Shown here one piece after another: positions 14,981 through 27,790 of a DNA stretch of 64,000 bases. Every line of letters starts with the position of its first letter. The stretch's first letter is position 1. This stretch comes from the human T2T-CHM13v2.0 reference genome, Homo sapiens: the NCBI RefSeq assembly GCF_009914755.1, contig NC_060940.1. The stretch is one strand, 5' to 3'. The notes under the pieces were generated by a model. That model had not been told where the DNA came from and searched no databases. It was given only the letters and a program-made list of their open reading frames with translations. Made by a program: the position numbers and the translations under genes.

Positions 14981-15683
14981 TGGGCTGGTTTCTAAGCATC
15001 AGATACTTTGCGAAGCCCTTTGCCCATCATCGCATGGAATCTCCATGACAGCCCGGGGAAGGTGGGTTTGGTCCCAGACCTCGATGAAGAATGAGGAGTA
15101 GAGCCATCAGCTGACTTACTCAGTGCCACTCAGCTAGTCCTGCACAGCTCGGGGTCAGGGCTGTCTTCTGGCCCTGTGATTGTGAGCGCCACATTGCAGC
15201 TTGCCAAGTTGTCACCTTCAGAGGCTCCATTTGCTGCCACCGTCCATGAGGTAGGGGTTCAGCCATAGCCAGCACCTGAACGGGTGTTAAGTGAGTATAG
15301 ATACTTTTGGCATGCCTGCATTATTAACTAATTAAAGATGGAATGATGGCACAGGAAGCAGTGGCTTCCTCCTTGAAGAGCAGCTTAATTTTCATTTATC
15401 AATGGGACACTCTTCAATGTCAAATTAGGCCATACAATCTATTATAAAATCCAGTCGCAGCCCAGTTTTGTAGATGTTCTAACCTGTTTCTGAAACTAAA
15501 GTTTCTCAACTGTGGAGTTTCTGGAAAGGATGGAATGATCTTCCACAGGAAAGATGGGACCAGCATGCATAGCAGTAGGGACTGCGGCTGGTCCGGGAGG
15601 TGAAGATTCGGCTACCAGGGAGGGAACTCGGCAGGAAGATGATGGATTGGCTCTTGGAGGGGCAGATGCTGTCTGTGTGCTTC

Positions 15684-15735
15684 TGTGTGTGTGTGCACGC
15701 GTGTGTGTGTGCGTGTGTATGTGTGTGCTTGTGTG
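15684..15735. repeat. Imperfect (TG)n microsatellite
   Basis: Direct reading. Confidence 0.8.
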
Positions 15736-16057
15736 ACACAGAGCTCCATGTTAATCCATTCCATGAACTCATCTCATTGACCAGAAAACAGCAGTCCAGA
15801 TTCTGCCAACCAAACCCACCAGGTGGGCTGTGGGCATAAGAGGCAGGTCCTTAGATGTGGGTAGCTGGGCTGTGGGTCCATCCAGGATGAATTGAAGTAA
15901 CAAAATCTAATCCTTCACCAAATAGTTAAGAACATTGGGTGGCATGGCCATGACATATTGTTGTAAATGTTTCTAAGCAGACCAGCAGCGGTCCTTCCTC
16001 TGAACACACTTTGAGAAGGAATTGTCTGGAGAGGTTAAGGGACCTCTGCAAAGTCAC

Positions 16058-16498
16058 TGTTCTGGGTTGAATCGAGTCCTCCCGACAGATATGTCCATGT
16101 ATTAACCTTTAGTAACTGGATTTGGAAACAGGGTCTTTGCACATGTAATCAAGTTCTATGAGGCCATACTGGACTGGAATTAGCTCTAATACAATGACTG
16201 ATGTACTTGGAAGAAAAGATTTGGACACAGAGACACACACAGAGGGAAGACAGCCATGTGAAAACGGAGGCAAGAATTGCAAAGACGCAGCTGCAGCCCA
16301 AGAACACCAAGGGTTGTAGGCTGAACCAGGAGCTGGAAGAGGCAAGGAAGCCTTCTTGAGCCTTCAGAAGGAGTGAGGCACTGCTGGCACCTTGATTTTG
16401 AATTTCGGGACTGCAGAACTGTGTTAGAATTAATTTCTATCCTTTCAGGCCACACAATTTATGGTATTTTGTAATGGTAACCTTAGGGAACTGATACC
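16058..16498 (+). mobile_element. MLT1C-type LTR inserted in a MIR
   Basis: TGTTCTGGGTTGAAT...ATTTGGAAACAGGGTCTTTGCA...GGAACTGATACC; probable TSD GTCAC/ATCAC; MIR sequence resumes on both sides. Confidence 0.85.
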
Positions 16499-17289
16499 AT
16501 CACCAACTGGTAAATGACAGGACGGGGATTTGAACCTGGGTCTCACTGACTCCTGGGTCCTCCCTTCTCCTGCAGTCTCACTCAGCCATGAGGCACCGGG
16601 TGGTGAGGAGAGAGGGCCTGTGGGATGGGGTGGGTGGGCTTTGCTACAGCCTTCTGATCATTTTTTGAAGGTTCCACAGGGGCCTGGCTCTTAGATCATC
16701 TCCTTTAGCCTCGAGCTCTGTGGGTTCAGAGCCAAAACCATAAGAAGTTTAATCATCTGCTGTCCTGGAATTACCCTAACCAACCAGGCCGGGATCATGC
16801 TGGTTTCTAGTCCACCAGCTCTTTGTTCTTTCTGAAATTCTCCTCTTCAGTGCGGTCAGAGGAGGGTTTATTGCTGTCCCAGGAGTCATTAGGGTTGACT
16901 TCTCTGCCCCCGGGCACCGGTCACATGAGGCTGGCATTCCCTGACAAAGCCCTGTGGCATCTTTTGCACAATTGTTTCTTATATGGGTCCTCCTCTTCTC
17001 CCTAGTTGCACATGAGGGCAAGGGCCCTGTGAGCACAGCAGGCCTGCAGCATCCTCAGAGATGGGCCCAGCATGGGTGGCCTCTTGGAAGTCTTCACAGC
17101 TCTGGGGTTAAGGTGGTGAGCATCCCTTCGTGAACAAAGAGTGTCAAACATGGACAGAGGGACTGGGAGGAGGGCAGGATATGCTTTAATGAAGCTGGGA
17201 TGTGCCAGAGGTCAGAGGTCAGAAGTCAGAAACTGGTAGACCTCCCAGAGTCACGGCAGAAGGAAGAGAGAAGTAACCTTTTTTTATGA

Positions 17290-17670
<381 letters not shown>

Positions 17671-17697
17671 CCTGCTACCTGGTAGTGATGATATCTC

Positions 17698-18215
17698 TGC
17701 AGCAGGTGTGGGTGCTGCCCCTCCCACAGCCCCATTGTTTCTCTTGGAGTCCACCAGCTACGGTGTTGAGCAGTCCCCGTGCACCCTGACTACTGCCCAC
17801 CTCAAGCCTCTGCATCTCTCTTCACCTCTCCCTGACAGCTTTCTCCAGCACTGGGACATTTATCAGCCCTCACATAGGGCAGCCTGGAAATTCCCAGATT
17901 TAATGCCCCCCTAGAGTAACCCTCAACCATTGAGGAGTGGGAGTTGGCAGGAAAATGCTCCAGGTTCCCCACCTCTCAATGGGACAACTTCCAAGTGCTT
18001 TCCACAGGGTTCACTGGAGGATGTCTGGGGGACGGAACCTCAGTTACGTACAGAGGTAACCCTCTCATTAATGCACTCTTTACCAGCTTGTCTCTCTTTC
18101 CTGATTCATGTCATCACTCCTTCATTTGTGCTTCCAGGGGTCACCTCCCAAAGGAATTATGTGAGCTCAAGTCCTTGGCTCAGCCTCTGCCTCCAGGGGA
18201 ACCCACCCTGAGACA
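17698..18215 (+). mobile_element. LTR16-family ERVL LTR
   Basis: 3' end CCTTGGCTCAGCCTCTGCCTCCAGGGGAACCCACCCTGAGACA; ACCCTCAACCATTGAGG motif. Confidence 0.7.
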
Positions 18216-18514
18216 CCCACTAGAGAGAGGCAGCAGATCAAATACTGGACAAAGACGGGAGAATCAGAAGAGTTCAGAGATTTACTTTTTATTGTATTGT
18301 ATTGTATTATATTGTATTGTATTATATTTAGTATTGTCTTATTTCTTTTGCAGACAGGGAAGATCTGGTAGCCAAAACATTTTAAAACAAACTGATGACA
18401 GCCAAGAAAGCACAGATTCAATGGCTACAAAGTTGGCCTCGGAGCTAAAGGGCCAGAATGTGGAAAACATTCCCCAAGCCAGGGGAGTGAGTGCAACCTG
18501 AAACACAGATGAAA

Positions 18515-19607
18515 ATCTATCTATCTATCTATATATATTCTATAATATATATATTCTATACATTATAGAATATATTATATATGATATATATATTCTACAT
18601 ATAATAGAATATGTATTATATATAATATGTATAATTTATATATAATATATAATTTATATATAATATATAATATATAATATATAATTTTTATATTATATAT
18701 AATATAAAAATTATATATTATATATAATTTATATATTATATATAATATATAATTTTTATATTATATATTATATATAATTTTATATTATATAATATAATTT
18801 TTATATTATATATAATATATAATTTTTATATTATATATATTATATATAATTTTTATATTATATATTATATATAATTTTTATATTATATATTATATACAAT
18901 TTTTATATTATATATTATATATAATTTTTATATATTATATATAATTTTTATATTATATATAATATATAATTTTTATATTATATATAATATATAATTTTTA
19001 TATTATATATTATATATAATTTTTTATATTATATAATTTATGTAATTTTTTATATTATATAATTTATGTAATTTTTTATATTATATAATTTATGTAATTT
19101 TTTATATTATATATTATATATAATTGTTTATATGATATATAATTTTTTATATTAGATATATATAATTTTTATATTACATACAATATATAATTTTTATATT
19201 ATATACAATATATAATTTTTTATATTGTATATAATATATATAATTTTTTGTATTGTATATAATATATAATTTTTATATTATATATAATTATATATAATAT
19301 ATATAATTTTTATATTATATATAATTATATATAATATATAATTTTTATATTATATGTAATTTTATATAATTTTTTATATTATATATAATTTTATATAATA
19401 TATATAATTTTTATATTAATTATATATAATATATAATTTTTATATAATACCTAATATATAATTATATATATAAAATATTTTATATATAATATATAAATAT
19501 ATATAATACATAATATATGATATATAATATATAGAATATATATATTCTATATATAATAGAATTAATGTATATTATAATATATATAAAATATATATATAAT
19601 TTTTTTT
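18515..19607. repeat. About 1.1-kb AT-rich (TA)n-derived low-complexity/minisatellite block
   Basis: Almost all A/T; recurring unit TATATAATTTTTATATTA. Confidence 0.97.
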
Positions 19608-19634
19608 AGGAAGACCCCAGAGATAAACTGCCTC

Positions 19635-20280
19635 ATTATTTCAAGGGTGCATCAACTATCTACATGACTTGCCCTGTTGGTATTAATCTTGATCACCTGG
19701 CTGGCCAAGATGGTGTTTGCCAGGTTTCTCCACTGTAGAATTACTCTGTTTTTTCCCCTTTCATCCTTTACTTCCTGAAAGTGAGTGACTATACACAGCC
19801 TACACTTAAAGAGTGGGCAGTGACGTTCCTCCTCCTTCAGGTGTAGTGTCTGTGTGAACTATATTCTTCTGCATAGGAGATTTGTCTTTTCTCCCTCATT
19901 TACTTATTCAATCATTTATTTATATCTCTATAAACCCATGGATATTTGTTTTACACTTTGGGTTATAATCCAATACTTTGTTTATTTTGTTGCTAAGATA
20001 GTTCTGTCTTTGACCATTGAGAGCTCTTTCATTTGGCTCCTGTGTTCCTTTGACACACTTCCATCTTTTTGGGTGTATGTGTGTGTAGGGGGGGGTGCGG
20101 GGGGAGAGAGAGAGGCACTTCCTTACTTCCTGGCACCATAAGGTACTCCAAGCTCATTTGATATATTTCCTGTCCTGGTCCTGGAATCATCCATTTTCTC
20201 AAGAAGCCCTAGTTTCTGTTATTGGAGAATGGTGGGCATGAGGTGTGCTCATGACTAACAGGTGCTGTTACTTCCAGACT
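19635..20280 (-). mobile_element. L1MC-type 3' fragment
   Basis: CTTGATCACCTGGCT...GGTGTTTGCCAGGTTTCTCCACTGTA; CCTAGTTTCTGTTATTGGAGAATGGT. Confidence 0.75.
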
Positions 20281-20449
20281 CCAAGGGTGTGGGCCAGGAG
20301 CCTGAGGACCTAGGGAAAAAGAGTAAGGCACTCTTAAAAGAGCACTAAAGAGGATATCAAATTAGCTGACCAGACAGTCTCATGCAGTTATCCTTGTATG
20401 TATGTTTTATACTTAAGTTATAACTGAAATTAGTTGCCAAACATACATT

Positions 20450-22090
20450 TATTTGTTCTGTCTGTTCTTTTTTCCTTCCTTATTTTGGATTGACTTTTTT
20501 TGTATTTTATTTTATCTCCATTCTTGACTTACTAGTTATTTTTCTGTGCTTTACACTTGTAGTGGTTGCTCTGGGGTTTACTATGTGAATATTTAACTCA
20601 AGATAGTTTGCATTCAAATGATATTATGTCACTTCACATATAGTGTAAGGACATTACAACAGCATATTTCCATTCACTGCCCTGTGTTTTTTTTACTATT
20701 ACACCTGCATGTTTTAAAATCCTCTTGTTGTTTTTGTTTTATTTTGTTTTTTAGAGACAGGGTGTTATTCCGTCACCCAGGCTGGAGTGTAGTGGCACAA
20801 TCATAGCTCAATGTAATCTTGAACTCCTGGACTCAAGTGATCTTCCTGCCTCAGTGTCCTGAGTAGCTAGGACTACAGGCTTATTGTTATGTTTTTAACT
20901 AGTCAACTGTCTTTTAACTTTTTCAAAAGCAAGATAAAATATCTCATATTTACTCATGTGTTTACCATTTCTGGTACCCTTGTTTTTGTTCCCACACTTC
21001 CACATACTATAATTTTTCTTCTACCTGAAGAATTTCCTTGGACATTTCTTGTACAGTAGTTCAAGTCCATTGGTGATAAATTCTCTCAACTTTCATTTGT
21101 TTGAAAAAAAAATCTTCATTTTGCCTTCCTTAAGGAAGAGATTTACGCTAGACATAGAATTCTAGACTGATAATTTTTTTTCTTTCAACAGTTTATATAT
21201 TGGTGTGTTGCCTTCTGGCTTGTATTTTTTTCTGATAGGAAATGTGTGGGGATTCTTATTTTTGTTCTTCTAGATTCAATGTGTTCTTTTTCCTCCAGCT
21301 TTAAAATTTTACTTTTGGTCACTGTTTTTGAGCAATTTAATTATAATGTGCCTACCACATTGTATGCTTGGATTTTATTGAGCTCCTTGGATCAGTAGGT
21401 TTATAGCTTTAATAAAATTTGGAAAAATTTTGCCTATCATTTCTTCAAGCATTTTTTTATCCTTTTCTCTCTGTCTGTCTTCTTCTGGAACTCCAATTAC
21501 GAGCGTATTAGACTTTTTGATGTTGCCCCATGAAGCTGTTTCAGTTTATATTGTTTTCATAGCTCTGCTTACAAGTTCACTGATTTGTTATTTTGCAATG
21601 ATTAATCTTCTGTAAAAGCCACCTGGTGAATTTTTTATTTTAGATATAGTATTTTCAGCTCTGAACATCTCATTTGGTTCTTTTTTAAATATCTTCCAAT
21701 TGTTTCTTCATTATGCTCATATTTTCATCTAAATCCTTGGCATATCTATCAAAGCTGCTTAAAGTATTCCCATGCTGATTCCATCATTTGTCACTTTGAA
21801 CTCTGTTTCTTTTGACTGATTTTTTTTCCTGGTATGGGTCATGTTTTCTGCTTTTCAAATGTCTAGTAATTTTTTATTGGATGCCAGGCATTACAAATGC
21901 TTGTTTTTGAATTTTTGGACTCAGTAGTTTTCCTTGAAAGAGAATTGATGTTTATCATGGCAGGCAGTCAAGTTACTTGATCCTTTTGAGGCTTAAGTGT
22001 TTGTTAAAGGGAAGGTCCTTTACTCTAGGGCCAATTAAGCCCTACTGTTAAGGTGTGACCCTTCTGGGAGCTCTACTGAATACCCTGCGT
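20450..22090 (-). mobile_element. Old L1M (L1ME-like) internal fragment
   Basis: T-rich antisense L1 texture (AAATTCTCTCAACTTT, TAGAATTCTAGACTGA, CTTCTGGAACTCCAATTAC). Confidence 0.65.
20725..20880 (-). mobile_element. Alu monomer/fragment (FLAM/AluJ-like)
   Basis: AGAGACAGGG...CAGGCTGGAGTGTAGTGG...GAGTAGCTAGGACTACAGGC. Confidence 0.8.
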
Positions 22091-22294
22091 TATCCATGGC
22101 TCTAGAGGGTAGCACAAAGTTAAGAGAGTTGAATCCTAGTTTGGGTTTGCCTGCAGACTTTCTCTGCAGTGTTACTCAAATGACTTACCATCACTTGGCC
22201 TTGCTTTTCCCATATGTCAGGTATAGAACTTAGCCTTAATTTCTGATTTTTATTCTCTTTTATTCAGTCCTTGTGGTTGCATGGAGGTGTCTGA

Positions 22295-22622
<328 letters not shown>

Positions 22623-23010
22623 AAAAATATAGATTTCAACCAGAACTCCTTACCCTATTTATATCAAAACCACTTCATGTATATTTACTTCACATATGGA
22701 TGTTCCATATAAGACTTCATATGAAGAATTGCTGTTAAATAAAAAAATTGAGAAATAACTATACAAAAATATCTGGGCGACATGACAGGTCTATGTCACA
22801 TTCATTCAGCAGAATCAGTATCTTGGTTCATATGAGCATTGTCAACAAATGATCCTGGGAATGCAGCCATCCTTACAGAGCTTTTAGAACATCAAACAGT
22901 GTGAGGATAATAATTAACATTATGAGCTAAATTGATCCTCAGATTAAGAAGAATTTTATGTCTTTTGAAAAATTTTAAGTAATTTTACACTGTTAAAAAC
23001 AAATAGTAGA

Positions 23011-23354
<344 letters not shown>

Positions 23355-24006
23355 CTATTCATTTGGATAAATGAGTTTGAACAATTTTCATATCCATCCC
23401 TATAGAAGTACCCTCACCCCCAGATTTTTAATATCATTATTGGTGGCATTACTAGATTTTATCCCTATTCTAGGTTAGGTTGTCTTTCCTTGGAGAAAAA
23501 AACTGCATTCGGCCATCTGTATTCTAGGAGACCAGGAGTTACTCCACACACATCTCCATGACAAAAGGCTCAGCCCAACCCAATGTCCATGTAGTCATTG
23601 AGTAAAAATCAATCTCCACAGCTCTGCTATAAATTAGTCTTAATTTATTAGAGGATAAGTTTTGGCATAAACTTCTGTTGGATCTGGTTATAGCATGGAT
23701 GTTCCTAACAGAATTTGGTTAGGAAGACTTTAAGAGTAGCATTAGCCTTTGAAGCTGGAGTATTTGCAACATGGTGCATGAGAAATCTATCCAAATAAAA
23801 TATGCTTCTCTTATAAGAAACTGGGGCATTTATTTGAATTAATAAGGCATGAACAGAAACCAAAGCCTGGTTTGGGGAGAGGGCACTCTGCCAAACAAGC
23901 CAGGTTTCACGCTTGATGGATAAGGCAGCGGTGTGATGGGTAAGGATGTAAGACCACCTAGGCTTGGGTTCTGTCTCCATTCCTTTCTAGTTGAGTGATC
24001 TCAGGC

Positions 24007-24469
24007 TGTGTGCGCCTGACCCGTATCCCTCATCTTTAACTTTTAGCAAATGCCAAACTGGCTTCCAACTGCCTGCACCTGTGTTCCTTTGCCTGAGCTC
24101 CATCTGGCTACAGGAACTAGCTCTAGCCCTGCCCATGGCAGGATGGCAGTGTCGGCGAAATAATGCTGCAGGGAGGGTCCCTCAGCCAGTGGTAATGGAA
24201 TGAGTGGGTCACATCCCCAGCTCCTGTCCCCTTAGGTGAACGATCCCAGGAGGATGCCCTACGCTGTTCCATGGGGCGTCCCAAGACAGTGCTCTAGGGA
24301 CCCCCCAGGGGTAACTTGCTCACTGCGACCCCCTGTATTGCCTTCTTCCTTCCCTGTGTCACTTGCACGAGCTTCCTGACTTGCGTTTTCCAGGACTGCC
24401 TTCCAGATAATCTATTTGTGCTAGAATCCTTGTCTCAGGCTCTGCCTGGGAAAAACCCCACCTGGGACA
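24007..24469 (+). mobile_element. LTR16-family ERVL LTR next to a MIR
   Basis: End GAATCCTTGTCTCAGGCTCTGCCTGGGAAAAACCCCACCTGGGACA. Confidence 0.7.
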
Positions 24470-26627
24470 GGAAGAAGTGAACGAGCATGTACCTCTGGCA
24501 TGTGGCACATGATCCTAACTGACAATCAGTTTTCTCCTTCTGTCTTGGGTAGTCCTGGAGCCTGGGAAGTGCCCAGTTTTAGGGGACAGAAAGGTAACCC
24601 CAGCTCCAGGGCAAGAAAAAGTGTGAAGATAAAAAGTCAGGAAGTGCCTTGGGAAGCTGTGCCTCGGTCTCATTCGTGTCTGTCTCCATCAGCCAGCTGG
24701 TCCTTGCCTCCCTGAAGGTGACCATGTCAGGGAGAGTTCAGACCACCCTCGGCGTGAGCCGTGACGGGAAGGCGGTGGAGAGGAGGCGGGAGCAGGGTGG
24801 GAGCAGAGCATCAGAAGGTGTGGAAGAGAGAGGCTGGGCCTCGGGGAGGCCGCCGGTATGTGATAAGAGGTTGCAACGGCAGCGGGAAGGCTGGGGGCCA
24901 AATTCCAGCGTTTTTGCCCAGGTGGAGGAGGCTGGGGGATGCTCTGTAAATGAACCATCTCTGACTATCCCCTTTATCTGTGGCCTGAAACGGTGTGATT
25001 TCCTCCCTTGAAAACATCTTCAAGCAGCGTAGATAAAACCTGAGTGTGACTTATGATTCTGCATTCCTGCCATCGTGCCAGCTTGGGCTCCGGAGATTCC
25101 TTATCAATTAATGCTTTCTTGCCCAGCCTCCACCTCCTCCTGCTGGGCCCCCTCCTATGGACCAGAGCCCTGAGATTCTGCCAGAGATCAGGCCGGGCTG
25201 GCCCAGAGGGAGCCATATTGTACACATTTGTACACAGACACTTAAATAAAACCGCCGGCCTGGCTACAGAGCGCCTCTTTGGCTGACGGGAGAAGCGGCT
25301 GGGTTGGGTGCTGGCTGGGGCCTCACTACTGGGTCCCCAGCCCTGAAAGCCTCCCCTGTCACGCTGGGAGGTTCAACTGGAGACCTGAGGAACGCCAGGA
25401 AAGTGGTGAGGCTTCTCAGAGGCGGCCCCGTCCGGCTCCGGGCCTGGCGGATTAGAGGAATACGTGGAATTTCCAAATTTAGCATTCAGGAATAGCTTCG
25501 TATAAACAAGGGCTGCTTTCGCTGCAGAGATGCGAAGTAGATAATGCCAAAAAAGTCCCCCTTTGTGACTGGATCCTGGGATTCTGCGGCCAACCTCTAA
25601 GCTGACTGGGTGCAGACGAAGGGCCGCTTCCTGCCTGGCCCTCTGCATGGGTGGTCGGGCTTAAAAATGAAATATCCAGGCTGACAAATGCTTTTACAAA
25701 GGCCAGATTATAAACTGTAAACCTACTGTCAGCTGGGCAGAAGAGAAATCTAAATGCCTCGCTACCATTTAAAGATGTCGTTTGGCCGCAGGACTAACGC
25801 ACTTCTTGAGCGAGGAAAGCGGCCTTGTATTTATAAATTGGTGTCCGAGCCACAGTGAGCTCGGGATAAGGGAATCTATCAACCAGGAAACAAACAGCCT
25901 CCCCAACATCTCAGGGAATCTGAGTATTGTCACAGAAACAAAGTGCTCTGGAGCAGAAGAAAAGCAAAACAGAATTTCTAGAGGGGACACAGTCTAGGGG
26001 TGCAGCTACAGTTCGGGGGCATTCAGGTCCACGGAGAGTTTCTAAGGGTGAATTTTCCAGGAGAAAAATAGACCAATCCCCTGCCCAGGAAACACACGAC
26101 TGGGGGTGGTCCAGGAGGGAAATGAGTTCTCATTTCCCTGGTGTGTGCGGGTGTTTCTGGGAATTCAAACTTATGGCCCCACTAAAGAGCCAGCCTTCTC
26201 TCGCAGACCTGGAGCCGTGAGGACTGAAGTGGGTCGGAAGGTCCCGCACAGCACATGCGCCATCCCAGCCTCTCCACTCAAGGCAGAAGGGCAGCAGTGT
26301 TCAGGAAACATAGATGCTGGGGGGCTGGGGAAGGGGAAGAGGTCTGCAGGGCTCAGCCACCCAAGGGGGACCTTGCCTGTCCAGACAGAGCCCCTTCTCC
26401 CGACAGCCTGTTAGAGCCAGGTCAACAGTGTGAGTGGAGCCGGGACACCTGGGGGTGGGCCACTTGCCATTTCAGTCCCAAGATTCCCATGTCCTTGGAC
26501 CTGACAGAATTAGGGGATCTGGGATCCTGGGAGGCAGAAAGAGCAAAAGAATGTTTGATGTGGCAAGTTCAATGATCAGACAGTCCTTCTCCACCAGCAA
26601 AACCATACGAGAAGTCTGTTCAAATTT

Positions 26628-27450
26628 TTTATTCAACAAATGTTTGTGGAGCCCCTGCCATGTCCAAGCACTGTTCTAGGAGCTCAGGAAGCACCAATGC
26701 ACGAAGCAGGCAGCAGCCCATTTTCTTCACGGAGCTTGGGTTCTGGAGGCAGGAGACAGAGAGTGGTTCCCGGACAGCTGGCCAGTGAACCCGGTGAGCT
26801 GTGCTGGGACACAGGACACAGAACGGGGAAGGGAGTGGCTTCAGACAGGGGCCAAAGTAGGCCTCAGGGAGAAGGTGACGCTGGGCAAAGACCTGAAGGA
26901 TGGGAGTGAGCAAGCCAGGTGTGTGCCTAGGAAAGGGTGCTTCAGGCCAAGGGGACAGCTGATGCCAAGGCCCTGGGGCAGGACTGTGCCTGGGGCCGAA
27001 AAAAGCAGCAGTAGGGGTAGATAGTGGGAGAGGAGGTTGAAGTAGTGGTGGAGTGCGGTGGGAAGGGGCAGGTGGTCTGGGGCTGCGCTGGGCGATTCGG
27101 TAGCCAGGAGCCTCCTGCGGCTCCTTACGTTTCAGTTTAATCAAAAGAAAGTCAAGCTAAAAATCGGCTCCTCCATCAACCAGCTGGATTGCAGGTGCTC
27201 GAGAGTCACCAGTGGCTGGTGGCTGCTAGCCCAGGTCTAGAACACTTCATCATCACAGAAAGCTGTAGTCCAGAGCCTTGTAAGGATTGGTAAAGATCAT
27301 CGTAAGCGCTTCGGCTTCTACGCAGACAGAGGGAAGCCATTGCAGGGTTTTGGACCAGAGGGCTGATGTTTTCAAAAGGTTACCCTGGCTGCCGCGCTGA
27401 GAAATGATTCTAGAGAGAAAGGGAGAGCTTCACAGACGTGGTCCAGAGAG
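26628..27450 (-). mobile_element. L2a LINE 3' region, interrupted by MER3
   Basis: TTTATTCAACAAATGTTTGTGGAGC...CATGTCCAAGCACTGTTCTAGG; GGCCTCAGGGAGAAGGTGAC; GGGAAGCCATTGCAGGGTTTTG. Confidence 0.8.
27084..27278 (-). mobile_element. MER3 (hAT-Charlie) element
   Basis: CTGCGCTG...CGGTAGCCA...GTGGCTGGTGGCT...TAGAACACTTCATCATCACAGAAAG matches the recalled MER3 layout. Confidence 0.7.
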
Positions 27451-27664
27451 GGAAGAGGGCCCTGCCCACTCATCAGGTCCCCTGCCTGGCAACCTGGGAC
27501 TCTTCCATTAGAAAGGGCCTTTCTTCTTTATAACCTCAATTGCATACCCATATATGTATGTATATATTTGTCTATATAGATATGACATGCATATGTGTGT
27601 ACGTGTATGTGTCCAGACACACATATATATTTGTATATATGTATATATAATTTTTCCAAAGAGC

Positions 27665-27790
27665 ATGTTTTATTTTTTAACAGCTTTGTTGAGCTATAAT
27701 TTATAGGCTATAAAACCCAGCCAGGCTAAATGTGCCATTCATCGACTTTTAGTAAATTGAGCGGGTTGTACAACCATCACTACCACCCAG
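27665..27790 (-). mobile_element. L1MB 3' terminus fragment, preceded by a TA/TG-rich tract at 27550-27650
   Basis: TTTTAACAGCTTTGTTGAGCTATAATTTA...GTTGTACAACCATCAC. Confidence 0.7.

Noticed and set aside
17944-18501. 185-aa plus-strand ORF
   Set aside because: Starts at a non-ATG codon inside an LTR16 and crosses a (TATTG)n repeat; no recognisable domain
26629-27144. 171-aa Pro-rich minus-strand ORF
   Set aside because: Lies within a decayed L2 and MER3; chance ORF in GC-rich sequence
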